A DNA stretch of 64,000 nucleotides from a virus (taxonomy: Duplodnaviria > Heunggongvirae > Uroviricota > Caudoviricetes): the IMG/VR virus record IMGVR_UViG_3300028914_000001, positions 317,489 to 381,488 of that record, one strand, 5' to 3'. A model generated the notes under the pieces. That model worked only from the letters and a program-made list of their open reading frames with translations, made no database searches and was not told the origin of the DNA. This document shows positions 19,485-28,666 of the stretch, piece by piece (position 1 is the stretch's first letter; every line of letters begins with the position of its first letter). A program made the translations under genes and the position numbers.

Positions 19485-19949
19485 ATGAACATTTTTAAGG
19501 AATTTATCATCTATCTTGCAAACAAGTTCCAGGAACAGCCAAGCAAGGAAGTCATCGATTTGCGTAATCAGATTAAAGAAGCGAACAGCCTGTATTACAC
19601 CTCCGCCGAGGAAAATACAAAGCTCCGCAACAAGCTTAGCCGACTGTCGTTCAAGACCACATGGTATGACCGTGACCATTACCCCATGCCATTAAACCGC
19701 CGCCTGATTGTACAGGGTAAAGATGGCAAGTATTATGTCGGAAGAACTATGAAGGATGTCCAAGGACGGACGGAATTCCATATCGAATACGAACTGACTC
19801 CTGTCAATCCGAAACTAATAGGCTCTGTCATGTTGGAAATCCTTGGGATGTCTTCATGGGCGAAGCAATGGAAGGTCTTCGAGTTTCCTGAAGACAAGGA
19901 GTCAGAACCGAAGAAATCAGCCGAGGATTGCAAGATAGGTGCCCGATAG
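19485..19949 (+). CDS. hypothetical protein
   Basis: GGAG RBS. Confidence 0.65.
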   Translation: MNIFKEFIIYLANKFQEQPSKEVIDLRNQIKEANSLYYTSAEENTKLRNKLSRLSFKTTWYDRDHYPMPLNRRLIVQGKDGKYYVGRTMKDVQGRTEFHIEYELTPVNPKLIGSVMLEILGMSSWAKQWKVFEFPEDKESEPKKSAEDCKIGAR

Positions 19950-19958
19950 TATAAACTG
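19950..19958 (+). promoter_or_regulatory. putative late promoter
   Basis: TATAAACTG, 5 nt before ATG 19964. Confidence 0.6.
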
Positions 19959-19963
19959 TTTGC

Positions 19964-20785
19964 ATGAACAGGAAGGCACTTTTTGAAGAACAGCTCGTGA
20001 AAATGGGTCTCCCCCCGAAGACGAAGGACATGGTCATGAAACTCAATGACGCATGTTTCAAGGAGCGGGATGACAAGAACCCGTGTATCGACGAATACGG
20101 GTTCTATAAGGACCCGATGTCTTGTGACATCGAGACGTTGAAACGGGCGTGGGACGAACCCATCAGGGAGGACAAGAACCCGTTTGAAATCAAGGAAGTC
20201 GACGGGCCTACCCACGACAAGCCAATCGGCGGTTACATCCCGATTAAATCACAGCAGGAAAAGGACGACGAGGAATACGCCGACGACCCGCTGTACCAGT
20301 TCTCCAAGCGTATCCGCCACGAGTTCGACCGAAAGAGCCGATACAGACTTCCGTTCAGCGGCAAGTATCAAATGAATTACATCGTCGGCCCTGAGGTTGA
20401 CGACCCCGAGAACCACATGTTCGACGGATTCCCTAAGACGCTTGATTTCATGAAGGAACACAGGGGATGGCTCTGCGGCCAGATTTCATCACACAGCATG
20501 CCTGAATACATGGGCGGCATGGTCAAGATGCTGATAGGCAGTTGGTATATCACCCTGCTCGTCGTGAAGGACCCAGATTCTTCTAGGGTGGACTACTGTG
20601 TGTACGGTGGGCCCATGCTCTACATGAAGCACGGGACGATGTATGACGGAGACTGCCTTGCGACCAGCAATACAGACGACGTGGAAGAAATCAAGATGAT
20701 TTGCCACAAGATTCTGCACGAGGCGTACGACAATGCGGTCAAGGCACAGTTCCAGTCCATCCGCAAGACCAGTCTCGACGTTTAA
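19964..20785 (+). CDS. putative virion/head-internal protein
   Basis: Late motif upstream; shared N-terminal leader. Confidence 0.55.
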   Translation: MNRKALFEEQLVKMGLPPKTKDMVMKLNDACFKERDDKNPCIDEYGFYKDPMSCDIETLKRAWDEPIREDKNPFEIKEVDGPTHDKPIGGYIPIKSQQEKDDEEYADDPLYQFSKRIRHEFDRKSRYRLPFSGKYQMNYIVGPEVDDPENHMFDGFPKTLDFMKEHRGWLCGQISSHSMPEYMGGMVKMLIGSWYITLLVVKDPDSSRVDYCVYGGPMLYMKHGTMYDGDCLATSNTDDVEEIKMICHKILHEAYDNAVKAQFQSIRKTSLDV

Positions 20786-20818
20786 TCGACATTTTACTCA
20801 AAATCTCAGTGGAACCAC

Positions 20819-20847
20819 TTGCCAAAGTGGTACAAAATAGGTATATT
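20819..20847 (+). promoter_or_regulatory. sigma70-type promoter with inverted repeat over -35
   Basis: TTGCCA-N17-TATATT; ACCACTT-GCCA-AAGTGGT. Confidence 0.7.
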
Positions 20848-20879
20848 TATAAAAAAAGTTTCATTACAAGGAGAAACCT

Positions 20880-21164
20880 ATGTTCGGTATCGAACCTAAT
20901 CTTGACAAAGTGTTCGGCGGAATGTTGAAGCCGAAGCAGCAGAAACTCGTTGATTACACCCAGTATCGCATGGAACGTGATTCCGTCCGTTACGACATTT
21001 TTGGCCGTAGGGTGTGCAACTCCGCTCTTATGTGGCACGAAAGCGCCCGTTTCTGGTTTGACCGTAAGGAAAGAGTAATCATTCCTGAACTGAGCCCGTA
21101 CATGGATGTCCTCGGGGCAAAGCTGTTCCCGGATACGTTGGTCCGTTTCGGAATCCATCCTTAA
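20880..21164 (+). CDS. hypothetical protein
   Basis: AGGAG RBS. Confidence 0.6.
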   Translation: MFGIEPNLDKVFGGMLKPKQQKLVDYTQYRMERDSVRYDIFGRRVCNSALMWHESARFWFDRKERVIIPELSPYMDVLGAKLFPDTLVRFGIHP

Positions 21165-21181
21165 TCCGTTCGGAGGAACCC

Positions 21182-21919
21182 ATGGGTACAATCCACGAAT
21201 ACATGAGTGCATATCCTTACTACGACGAGAACAAGTGGAGTTGGTCCATCGAGAATCCGAATAAGGATAATGCCCTGTTCATGCGTTACCGTGCCAGGAA
21301 GGGTAAGGATTATCGCAACATGGACAAGCTTCCGTTCTTCGACTCAATCGAGAAGGATGCAAACCAGTTCGGTATGCGGTCGTGTACCTTTACCGACATC
21401 TTTGGCATTACCTGGAAGGGAACGAAGGGTTGCCACATGGTTTCCGATGACCCTGACTACGAACAGCACCTTTACTACTACGACGAGGAAAGCGACGGAT
21501 ACCTTGTCTCTGACGAGTACACGCAGGATAATCCGCCCGCTGATTTCGTTAAGTTGAGAAACCCTAGATGGGATATGTGGGTTGATGTCAAGGGTATCAA
21601 GACGCTCTACTACAAATGGGTTCAGAACAATAACCACCTGTTCAAGGATTCCGTGTTCTATGCGGAATACGATGACGGTACTAAGCTTTCGTTCTACGAC
21701 GTTATAGGTCTGATGTACGGACTGAAACGTCTTCGTCCAGACCTCTACGATGATGTCCTTCCAGAAATTGAACGTCATTTCGAGAACCTGCGTGATAACG
21801 AACGTCTTGAAGTCAAGGAGTTCTGGCCTGGGATGACCGCCCGTGAGTATTTCGAGAAATGGAACGAGGCCAAAGATTACTCTGAAAAGACTGGCGAGCC
21901 TATCGCTACGGACGCCTAA
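21182..21919 (+). CDS. hypothetical protein
   Basis: GGAGG RBS. Confidence 0.7.
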   Translation: MGTIHEYMSAYPYYDENKWSWSIENPNKDNALFMRYRARKGKDYRNMDKLPFFDSIEKDANQFGMRSCTFTDIFGITWKGTKGCHMVSDDPDYEQHLYYYDEESDGYLVSDEYTQDNPPADFVKLRNPRWDMWVDVKGIKTLYYKWVQNNNHLFKDSVFYAEYDDGTKLSFYDVIGLMYGLKRLRPDLYDDVLPEIERHFENLRDNERLEVKEFWPGMTAREYFEKWNEAKDYSEKTGEPIATDA

Positions 21920-21939
21920 TTACACTTAAAGGAAACACA

Positions 21940-22449
21940 ATGAAAACAATTCGTCACTCGGTTTTTGAAACCAATTCCAGTTCTTGCCATGTAGTCACCT
22001 TGCTGAACTCATACGAAATGGAACAGTTCAATAATGGTGAACTGCTCGTCGAGTTCGGCAGAAGCCAAGGCGCAAAGATTGTCGCAAACTTCGTTGAGAA
22101 GTTCCGTTTTGGCTATGACCTCGAACACCTGCAATTCGGCTACGATTACAAGGAAGAAAAACCCACCTATTACGACCTTCCGAGGGAAAGCTTGGAGAAA
22201 CTGAGAGATGCCTTGTGGGATTTGCTTCAGGAAGGCATGAAGACTCATATCGAGCATTTTGATGACAAGGTCGCCTCGATATTCTCTGATGCTGGCGTAA
22301 CGGATGAATTGTACATCGAACGGGTTAAAAACTACATTGAAGACTTTGCTGGTGTATCTACCGTTAATCACCTCATGGAAGACATGACGACATACACGAT
22401 GCCTAACGGCGAGGTCATGCATTTCAGTTGTCATGAGTTCGAGTGTTAA
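21940..22449 (+). CDS. phage hypothetical protein with FETNSSS N-terminal motif
   Basis: IRHSVFETNSSSCH. Confidence 0.7.
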   Translation: MKTIRHSVFETNSSSCHVVTLLNSYEMEQFNNGELLVEFGRSQGAKIVANFVEKFRFGYDLEHLQFGYDYKEEKPTYYDLPRESLEKLRDALWDLLQEGMKTHIEHFDDKVASIFSDAGVTDELYIERVKNYIEDFAGVSTVNHLMEDMTTYTMPNGEVMHFSCHEFEC

Positions 22450-22450
22450 T

Positions 22451-22894
22451 ATGAGAACGTGGCTCCAACTAAGTATTCTCAGGAGTGCTGCTGACAACGG
22501 TTACCGTTTGGCTATAAATGGTACACTGATTGACCAGAAGCCTCCTTTTGGTTCGTCTGAGATTGAACTGAGCACCCATAAGCTGGCCGACCTTTTCGAT
22601 ATCGACACCCTCGTTGACATGCTTGATTACAAGAAGGAATGCGAACGGTTGAAAACGCTCTTCTTCGTCTCCAACAGGGAGCTGTCCGACTGGGTTGACG
22701 CCAAGAAAGGACGCCGGATTCATGTGGTCAAGCCGAACCAGATGATTAACCAAGGAATATCCTACGAGAATTGGCCGTATTCGGAGGACACTGCGGAACT
22801 GAACGCCAGGAACGCTGGTGACATCTTCGTGGTTGAGGCAGGGTCCAGCACCCTGGAGCACCTGACCCGACGGGCGATTGGCCTGGATGTCTAA
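22451..22894 (+). CDS. hypothetical protein
   Basis: ORF in operon. Confidence 0.55.
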   Translation: MRTWLQLSILRSAADNGYRLAINGTLIDQKPPFGSSEIELSTHKLADLFDIDTLVDMLDYKKECERLKTLFFVSNRELSDWVDAKKGRRIHVVKPNQMINQGISYENWPYSEDTAELNARNAGDIFVVEAGSSTLEHLTRRAIGLDV

Positions 22895-22922
22895 GGTGAC
22901 GCTTACTAAATATGGAGAAAAA

Positions 22923-23192
22923 ATGAAAAAGGTAATTCTATTTATCATGGCTTTTGCCATGGCGGCATTTGCCGATATTAAACTGGACTTCCAGGTCTCG
23001 GTTAACCGCATGGGCTGTTCCCTCATCCAGTGGGTCGAAAACGGCTATGAATCTGGGGTGAAGTGGAAGCACTACGGCAAGTTCGCCTGCAAGGAGGAAA
23101 TCAAGGCTCCCGTCAAGATTGTCGGCCTGAAATTCCTGTATGTCGGCGAGAACTTGAAGGGCGAGTACATTTACGTCTATGGCGAGGACTAG
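22923..23192 (+). CDS. secreted/periplasmic small protein
   Basis: Signal peptide MKKVILFIMAFAMAAFA. Confidence 0.65.
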   Translation: MKKVILFIMAFAMAAFADIKLDFQVSVNRMGCSLIQWVENGYESGVKWKHYGKFACKEEIKAPVKIVGLKFLYVGENLKGEYIYVYGED

Positions 23193-23531
23193 ATGGCCAC
23201 GATGATTCCAGACATAGCCTTGGAAACCACTCTTGAATGGCTGGCGAAGTTCAACCGCCACGAGTACTTCACCAAGGGACTCTACAAGAAGCTTCCTAAG
23301 TACAAGGAATGCGGTGTTCGCCGTGAAAAGACTGAAATCCAGGTGGCTTTCATCTGCAAGGCGTTGCAACTGAAAGGCATCTATACGACACCTTGCGGAG
23401 TCGCCTGGTCAAAGATATGGGACGATTCCAAGACGGTCGATGATTACCTGAAACCATATCAGGATATCATCGACGGCTATGTGAAATGGTGTGAAGAGCA
23501 GAACAATAAGATAAGGGCTAATCATGGCTGA
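23193..23531 (+). CDS. hypothetical protein
   Basis: GAGG RBS. Confidence 0.6.
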   Translation: MATMIPDIALETTLEWLAKFNRHEYFTKGLYKKLPKYKECGVRREKTEIQVAFICKALQLKGIYTTPCGVAWSKIWDDSKTVDDYLKPYQDIIDGYVKWCEEQNNKIRANHG

Positions 23532-23736
23532 AACATGGCTTGGAACATCGAAGATGGAACAGGAGGCGAACTACTTCGCACACTGCCTGCTCATGCCCGA
23601 GGAGATGCTGATACCAGACTGGGAGAAGTCATCCAAGGATTCCGCAGCGGTAGACAAGCTCGCCGATGAATACCATGTCACACGTACGACCATGCTGGTA
23701 CGACTGAGTGGACTCGGCCTATACAAGGAGGACTAA
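23524..23736 (+). CDS. ImmA/IrrE-family C-terminal fragment (no HExxH)
   Basis: EQEANYFAHCLLMP..LADEYHVT..RL. Confidence 0.7.
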   Translation: MAETWLGTSKMEQEANYFAHCLLMPEEMLIPDWEKSSKDSAAVDKLADEYHVTRTTMLVRLSGLGLYKED

Positions 23737-23737
23737 A

Positions 23738-23932
23738 ATGTCTGACGTAATTAAAGGATTGACAAACGACCTGCTTTGGAAGAATATCTACAAGTTCTCA
23801 TCCAAGTGGAATCTGGCCATAATCTGCGTTGCAATCCCAGAACCCGTCGTCGAGCAGCTGAGACGGGATTTTTCAGCGGCCTATCCCGACAAGGATTTCG
23901 ACACCGAGTGGGAAACCTGTATAAAGGAATAA
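23738..23932 (+). CDS. hypothetical protein
   Basis: GGAGG RBS. Confidence 0.5.
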   Translation: MSDVIKGLTNDLLWKNIYKFSSKWNLAIICVAIPEPVVEQLRRDFSAAYPDKDFDTEWETCIKE

Positions 23933-23936
23933 TATT

Positions 23937-24218
23937 ATGGCAGAGTCGATGGATACCAAGATTGCTAAATACAACATACGTTCCCGTTATACATTCGCCA
24001 TGCGCAACCTGATGATTGCTCAATCGGTTAACGAGAAGGTAAAGAATTTGAGGCATACAATAACAGGATTGCCTGTTCCAGACACGTTCGATACGAAACT
24101 TACGTTGCATACACCTAAGGATTGGATTGTCATTTGGTCTAAGGTCCACGTCAGGGTTAGTATCTATCTTGCCAACCTTCGGTATAATGCGTGTCTAAAC
24201 AATGAAAACCGTCAATGA
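23937..24218 (+). CDS. hypothetical protein
   Basis: ORF in operon. Confidence 0.5.
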   Translation: MAESMDTKIAKYNIRSRYTFAMRNLMIAQSVNEKVKNLRHTITGLPVPDTFDTKLTLHTPKDWIVIWSKVHVRVSIYLANLRYNACLNNENRQ

Positions 24219-24230
24219 CGAATAAATCAC

Positions 24231-24304
24231 TGTCCCGTAGTTTAACTGGAAAAATGTGGCCCTCCGAAGGCCAAGACGTGCGTGTTCGAATCACGTCGGG
24301 ACAA
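24231..24304 (+). tRNA. tRNA-Arg(CCG)
   Basis: Acceptor TGTCCCG/CGGGACA; anticodon arm TGGCC-CTCCGAA-GGCCA; T arm GCGTG-TTCGAAT-CACGT; CCA not encoded. Confidence 0.88.
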
Positions 24305-24325
24305 CTTTAATACTTAGGTAGAATC

Positions 24326-24586
24326 ATGAAACCATCCGATATTCCTGTTTCCGCATCCGTGGTGCGACTTGCTCCAAGCATGAAGATGATTGGACAGAAG
24401 GTTGCGGAAAGACGCAAAAAGCTGATGATAACCCAGAAGGACCTTGCCGAGATGGCCGGGGTTTCGTCAAGGATGGTAAGCATGGTTGAACGAGGGCTGG
24501 CGAACCCTACTGTAACAGAACTTAGCGACATGATTAAACCTATCGGGTTTGTAATCACGTTGCAGGAACGAGTGATTAACCCGTGA
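24326..24586 (+). CDS. XRE-family helix-turn-helix regulator
   Basis: RRKKLMITQKDLAEMAGVSSRMVSMVERGLANPT. Confidence 0.9.
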   Translation: MKPSDIPVSASVVRLAPSMKMIGQKVAERRKKLMITQKDLAEMAGVSSRMVSMVERGLANPTVTELSDMIKPIGFVITLQERVINP

Positions 24587-24593
24587 GGCAATT

Positions 24594-24758
24594 ATGTGTG
24601 AATTTCTATCGTACCTCTACAATGAACAGTCATGGATACTCTGGATGGCAGCGTTCTGGGTTATCGGAGTGCTGATGGTTGTCATCGACTATTTTCAGAA
24701 TAAAAACAAACCACCCAAGCCAAAGGAAACCCGCTGGCACAAGGAATTGTGGGGTTAG
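24594..24758 (+). CDS. small membrane protein
   Basis: GAGG RBS, one TM helix; not in ORF track. Confidence 0.45.
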   Translation: MCEFLSYLYNEQSWILWMAAFWVIGVLMVVIDYFQNKNKPPKPKETRWHKELWG

Positions 24759-24766
24759 AAACACTT

Positions 24767-24973
24767 ATGGATGAACTGACTGATGAAGAAATCGAGAAGT
24801 ATATCCCGTACAGAAAGGAAATACAGGATATTCTCGAAGAAGACGGCTTGGTTATAACCCGTATAGATGACAACGGGTCTGAAAACCTATGCCAATGTGC
24901 GACGGCTGAGGAAGTTTTTACTGCGGGTTGCCGATATGTAATCGGGCGCATGAAACAGGAGGGATTGTTATGA
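24767..24973 (+). CDS. hypothetical protein
   Basis: ORF in operon. Confidence 0.5.
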   Translation: MDELTDEEIEKYIPYRKEIQDILEEDGLVITRIDDNGSENLCQCATAEEVFTAGCRYVIGRMKQEGLL

Positions 24974-25245
24974 GACCTGCAAACTGGATTGAATTGGGGC
25001 AGAACGACACCGTGGAATTCGATGTCCACTGCGTGATGAAAAAGTGCTGGGCAAACGAGTTCCTGTCCATGCTGGCAGACATGCAGCGTCTCGGCGAGAT
25101 GGGCTGCAGCAGGATGAGGGGCATGTATTGCGACGGCGATGGCGACTTCCGTCCGAAGTTCCACCACAACCTTGAAGGGTTCACCGAGACCGAGCACAGG
25201 GTAAGCAAGGAAGACCCGGCCATTTGGTTCTGGGATGCTGGGTAA
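24970..25245 (+). CDS. hypothetical phage protein
   Basis: GCSR..DGDGDFRP motif; GGAGG RBS. Confidence 0.6.
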   Translation: MRPANWIELGQNDTVEFDVHCVMKKCWANEFLSMLADMQRLGEMGCSRMRGMYCDGDGDFRPKFHHNLEGFTETEHRVSKEDPAIWFWDAG

Positions 25246-25264
25246 TTAAAATAGGAGACTGACA

Positions 25265-25825
25265 ATGGCGACGAAATCAAAAGAAGACTGGGAAGCCCAG
25301 ATGGAAGCTCGACGGAAAGAACGTGAGGAGTATGACTTCAAAGAATGGGGATACCATGAAACTAAACTTGGCGAATTCCTTATAGACAGGTTGGCCCACA
25401 AGGAAAAGCCGAAAGACTTGTTCGATATGTGGAATGACCGTTCCACGGAGCAATTCAATCACCTTGCTTCTTTCGCAAGGCGTGTAGTATGCGGATTGAA
25501 AGCTGACGAAAGTGTGAAGGAAGAACCTGACGGCAAGACGACTTACCAGTATTCATACAAGGATAAAGTTCTGTTGGCCGTGGTAATTTACAACGGGAAT
25601 TACACCCTTCTATTCCCTTGCATGAACGACATCGTTGACGGCGACATAAGACGATATGCGGATAACCCGTTGTTCCCGTTCCTTAACTTCTTCCAGTGGT
25701 TCGACACCACCATATACGGACCACAACAGGGTCTGTATAGCCTATATTTCCGAATGCTCATGGGCTACCTTGTTTACAAGTTCCCTGAAACAAGAACCCG
25801 TTTCCTGCATGCACCAAAGGGGTGA
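25265..25825 (+). CDS. hypothetical protein
   Basis: AGGAG RBS. Confidence 0.65.
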   Translation: MATKSKEDWEAQMEARRKEREEYDFKEWGYHETKLGEFLIDRLAHKEKPKDLFDMWNDRSTEQFNHLASFARRVVCGLKADESVKEEPDGKTTYQYSYKDKVLLAVVIYNGNYTLLFPCMNDIVDGDIRRYADNPLFPFLNFFQWFDTTIYGPQQGLYSLYFRMLMGYLVYKFPETRTRFLHAPKG

Positions 25826-25827
25826 TT

Positions 25828-26346
25828 ATGAACGATAAATACCAGGAATTTCTACAAAAGCGCCATCCTGAACTCATAGCGGAGGCGGAATCTTTCATCA
25901 ATGCCGATACGGAGGAGCCTAAGTCAAAGCCGAAGAAACGTACGAAAATGGACCGTAGCAGCTGGGAGTACATCTGCCGTTTGATGCCGAAGTTGAAGAA
26001 CTTGGCACATGTCCGTATACCTGGTGGCGGAATGGGAAGAATGGATGGGTGGTATGTATATACCGTAGCTACCGTCGGATGCCGTAAGGAGAAAGTGGGC
26101 ATCAGTATCTGGGCGCACGATTACAAGTGTGGCAAGCATTTCACTGAAAGGATTCCTCTTACGGGCAAGGAGCATTTTCTCGAATTTTATACGAGGTTCG
26201 GCAACGCCTCCACATCGTGCTACCAGAGCATGACCAACCTGCCTGGTCATAAATGCATGGATGGGCACGGTAACGTATATCCTACTGACATACCTCACAA
26301 GAGAAAAGAAATCTACCGATATCTTGGAATAGAGACAAAGGAGTAA
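25828..26346 (+). CDS. hypothetical protein
   Basis: Coupled ORF. Confidence 0.6.
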   Translation: MNDKYQEFLQKRHPELIAEAESFINADTEEPKSKPKKRTKMDRSSWEYICRLMPKLKNLAHVRIPGGGMGRMDGWYVYTVATVGCRKEKVGISIWAHDYKCGKHFTERIPLTGKEHFLEFYTRFGNASTSCYQSMTNLPGHKCMDGHGNVYPTDIPHKRKEIYRYLGIETKE

Positions 26347-26348
26347 AT

Positions 26349-26666
26349 ATGGGTGTAGATTACAAATGGGGCGGAAGCGCTGGCGGAATGCGTTTTGGAC
26401 AGGAAATCGACCAGGTCGCCAAGGTATTTGGCGGCAAACGAATCGAGGGAAGCAAGGGACCCAATAGGTACGGGCTTCCAGACGGGACAAACCCGTGCGT
26501 CGTGAAATTCTTCGACCACCTGTACGGACCGCTGAGCGTTGAAGAGACAAAGGAAGTATGGAAGGAGTTCCAGACGCATCCCGAAATCGAGCAGATAATG
26601 CCCGAGATGTGGAACGAGTTCAAGTGCGACGCAATGTACGACGAAGAGTTCGAGTTGAGTTACTAG
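26349..26666 (+). CDS. hypothetical protein
   Basis: AGGAG RBS. Confidence 0.6.
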   Translation: MGVDYKWGGSAGGMRFGQEIDQVAKVFGGKRIEGSKGPNRYGLPDGTNPCVVKFFDHLYGPLSVEETKEVWKEFQTHPEIEQIMPEMWNEFKCDAMYDEEFELSY

Positions 26667-26693
26667 ACAGAGAAGATTTAACAAAAGGCAATT

Positions 26694-27437
26694 ATGAGCA
26701 ATTTCAACCATCCGTATATATACGAAGGCGGCGAATACAATCATCTGACTAGCCAGAACGAATGCCGTGTTGTGACCGCTACAAGGAAGCTTGGAGCCCG
26801 TTTCTACAACCCTATGCGTTACGACATGCTGAAACAGTGGCTTCCACACAATTACGAATGCCCTGACAAGGAGTGCATGATTCATGTCATCGCCTGCCCG
26901 TGCATCATGTGGAATGACCTCGGTGAAGACAAGATGAACGAAAAGTTCAAGTTCTGTGCCTGTATCGAACCTGAAATCGACATGACCAAGTTCAGCCCGT
27001 TGTGGCATCGTGTCGGCAGGAAAACATTGTTGTTCATATTTGGTTCCCCGATGTATGAAATCGCCCAATGCTCTGCACCTAACGGAAAGTGTTTCTACTC
27101 GATGATATTCCAGGTGGACGAGGAGGCATACGAGCATCTCGAAACCCGTGCAGGCTCGTTCGCAAACCTCCCGATAGGCTCGTCCATCAATGCCTTCATG
27201 GCTGCTGTCAGGCGGAACCCGTTAAGGCCCCATCCGTTCAAGAATGCAGTCCCGCCCGTTGAAGTCAAGACGCTAGCGGAGTTCATCGAAGCGAAGTACC
27301 CGGATATCATGAAGGAATACAAGGAAGAGCTGAAACGGATAACCAAGCTTTCATACGAGAGCCTTCCAGGGGAAATCACCAGTTTCAAACAAGGAAATGA
27401 AAATGCAAGTAACATCGACGATACAGTTCAAGTTTGA
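26694..27437 (+). CDS. hypothetical protein
   Basis: ORF in operon. Confidence 0.65.
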   Translation: MSNFNHPYIYEGGEYNHLTSQNECRVVTATRKLGARFYNPMRYDMLKQWLPHNYECPDKECMIHVIACPCIMWNDLGEDKMNEKFKFCACIEPEIDMTKFSPLWHRVGRKTLLFIFGSPMYEIAQCSAPNGKCFYSMIFQVDEEAYEHLETRAGSFANLPIGSSINAFMAAVRRNPLRPHPFKNAVPPVEVKTLAEFIEAKYPDIMKEYKEELKRITKLSYESLPGEITSFKQGNENASNIDDTVQV

Positions 27438-27828
27438 CCCAAACAAGGAATACAAATGTCCCAAGGACAAGATTGATGCCTTGGTCGAGTTCATTACAAA
27501 TCATGTGCAGGAATGTCCAGCGCACTGGATTATCATGTCTCCAGAATTAGTGTCCGTGCTGATGACGGCGAACGTGTTGGCTCCGAAGCCCGTTGTTTCC
27601 AATACCAGTGACACGGGTAGGGAATTTATGTTCCATCCAACGAACTCGGCGGTTACACTTAATCTTTACGCATGTCAAGGAGAAATGAACGCAGTGGTGT
27701 TCCCCGACTATTCAGACAGCCTTTACATCCTGAACTGTGGACATCCGAAGGATTTCATCGGCGACATGGACGCTGGGTCAGGCTGGGAAAGCAATGATTC
27801 AATCAAACTCGCAAGGAGAATAATATGA
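27397..27828 (+). CDS. T4 gp23-like major capsid protein fragment
   Basis: AHWIIMSPELVSVLMTANVL..DTG..VVFPDY..YILNCG resembles the gp23 segment NFIIxSxxVASAL..AGVL..DDTG..VYIDPY..VGYKG. Confidence 0.45.
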   Translation: MKMQVTSTIQFKFDPNKEYKCPKDKIDALVEFITNHVQECPAHWIIMSPELVSVLMTANVLAPKPVVSNTSDTGREFMFHPTNSAVTLNLYACQGEMNAVVFPDYSDSLYILNCGHPKDFIGDMDAGSGWESNDSIKLARRII

Positions 27829-28172
27829 TTGAAGAAGCCAAGGATATTTTTCGTGACGAAACCTGCTTCTATGTAATTGCCGCAATCAAGAATGGCGATG
27901 GCGGGTTCATTAAGTTCTGGAAGTCCAAGGCGTCTGGTGGAGAATGGGTTGACGATATTGCCAAGTCCAAGCACTATACGACGCTCGGTGTCGCTGCAAG
28001 GGAACTCCGTAATGAAAACGGCTATCTCAGATACTGGGGAAAAGTTCCGATGATACAGACGCACGGAGATTCCGTCCGTTTCTCCGTATGCCATGCAAGG
28101 GCTAATGTAGTGGTCGTGAAGGAAGAAAAGTTTAACGTAGACCGTGCAAATGCACAGGAAAGGGGAACATAA
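27825..28172 (+). CDS. hypothetical protein
   Basis: AGGAG RBS. Confidence 0.6.
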   Translation: MIEEAKDIFRDETCFYVIAAIKNGDGGFIKFWKSKASGGEWVDDIAKSKHYTTLGVAARELRNENGYLRYWGKVPMIQTHGDSVRFSVCHARANVVVVKEEKFNVDRANAQERGT

Positions 28173-28173
28173 T

Positions 28174-28500
28174 ATGATTGAAAACAAGGAAGAATACAGG
28201 TGTAAACGGTCAGAACTTTCATCCAAGAAGGACGAGCTTAGTGAAAGTATCGATATGGTCGATGCCGTCAGGGAAATGCTGAAAACGTACAATGTTCGGC
28301 GGTTGTCCGCATTGAAGGCGAAGCTTGAACAGGACTATGATGCGGTCGCAGATGAGTACTACAAGTTCATCAAGGAAGAAAATGAAGTCTTTGACGAAAT
28401 CTGCAAGAAGTTCAGCGCCAACCAGATTGAATGCTGGTTTGTACAGGGGCGTGACGTTGTTGACCTTGTAAATTCATACCTGTCCGGCGAACTGAAATGA
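28174..28500 (+). CDS. hypothetical helical protein
   Basis: ORF in operon. Confidence 0.6.
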   Translation: MIENKEEYRCKRSELSSKKDELSESIDMVDAVREMLKTYNVRRLSALKAKLEQDYDAVADEYYKFIKEENEVFDEICKKFSANQIECWFVQGRDVVDLVNSYLSGELK

Positions 28501-28636
28501 GAGAAGCCATGTCGGAAGAACTGGAAGAGGAACGCTACCGTGAGCAGCGGATGCGTGAAGAAGCCGAGGCGGAGGAACAGTTCTGGCGTGAAGCCATGCT
28601 GAACTACGACTATGAGCGTGGTGACTGGAAATACTA

Positions 28637-28663
28637 AAAAGCTCTCCGATTTGGAGAGCCTTT
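28637..28663. terminator. bidirectional intrinsic terminator
   Basis: AAAA-GCTCTCC-GATTT-GGAGAGC-CTTT between convergent genes. Confidence 0.7.
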
Positions 28664-28666
28664 CCT

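Noticed and set aside
4609-23195. TAG recoding: in-frame ORFs follow TAG stops at 4611, 12955, 14104 and 23192
   Set aside because: Long early and late genes (PolB, PncB, 55034-59375) have no internal TAG, several of the downstream ORFs have their own RBS and start, and no suppressor tRNA is seen. In-frame adjacency is expected by chance.
24231-24304. tRNA as a prophage attachment site
   Set aside because: No integrase, no duplicated tRNA 3' end, and phage-type genes continue on both sides.
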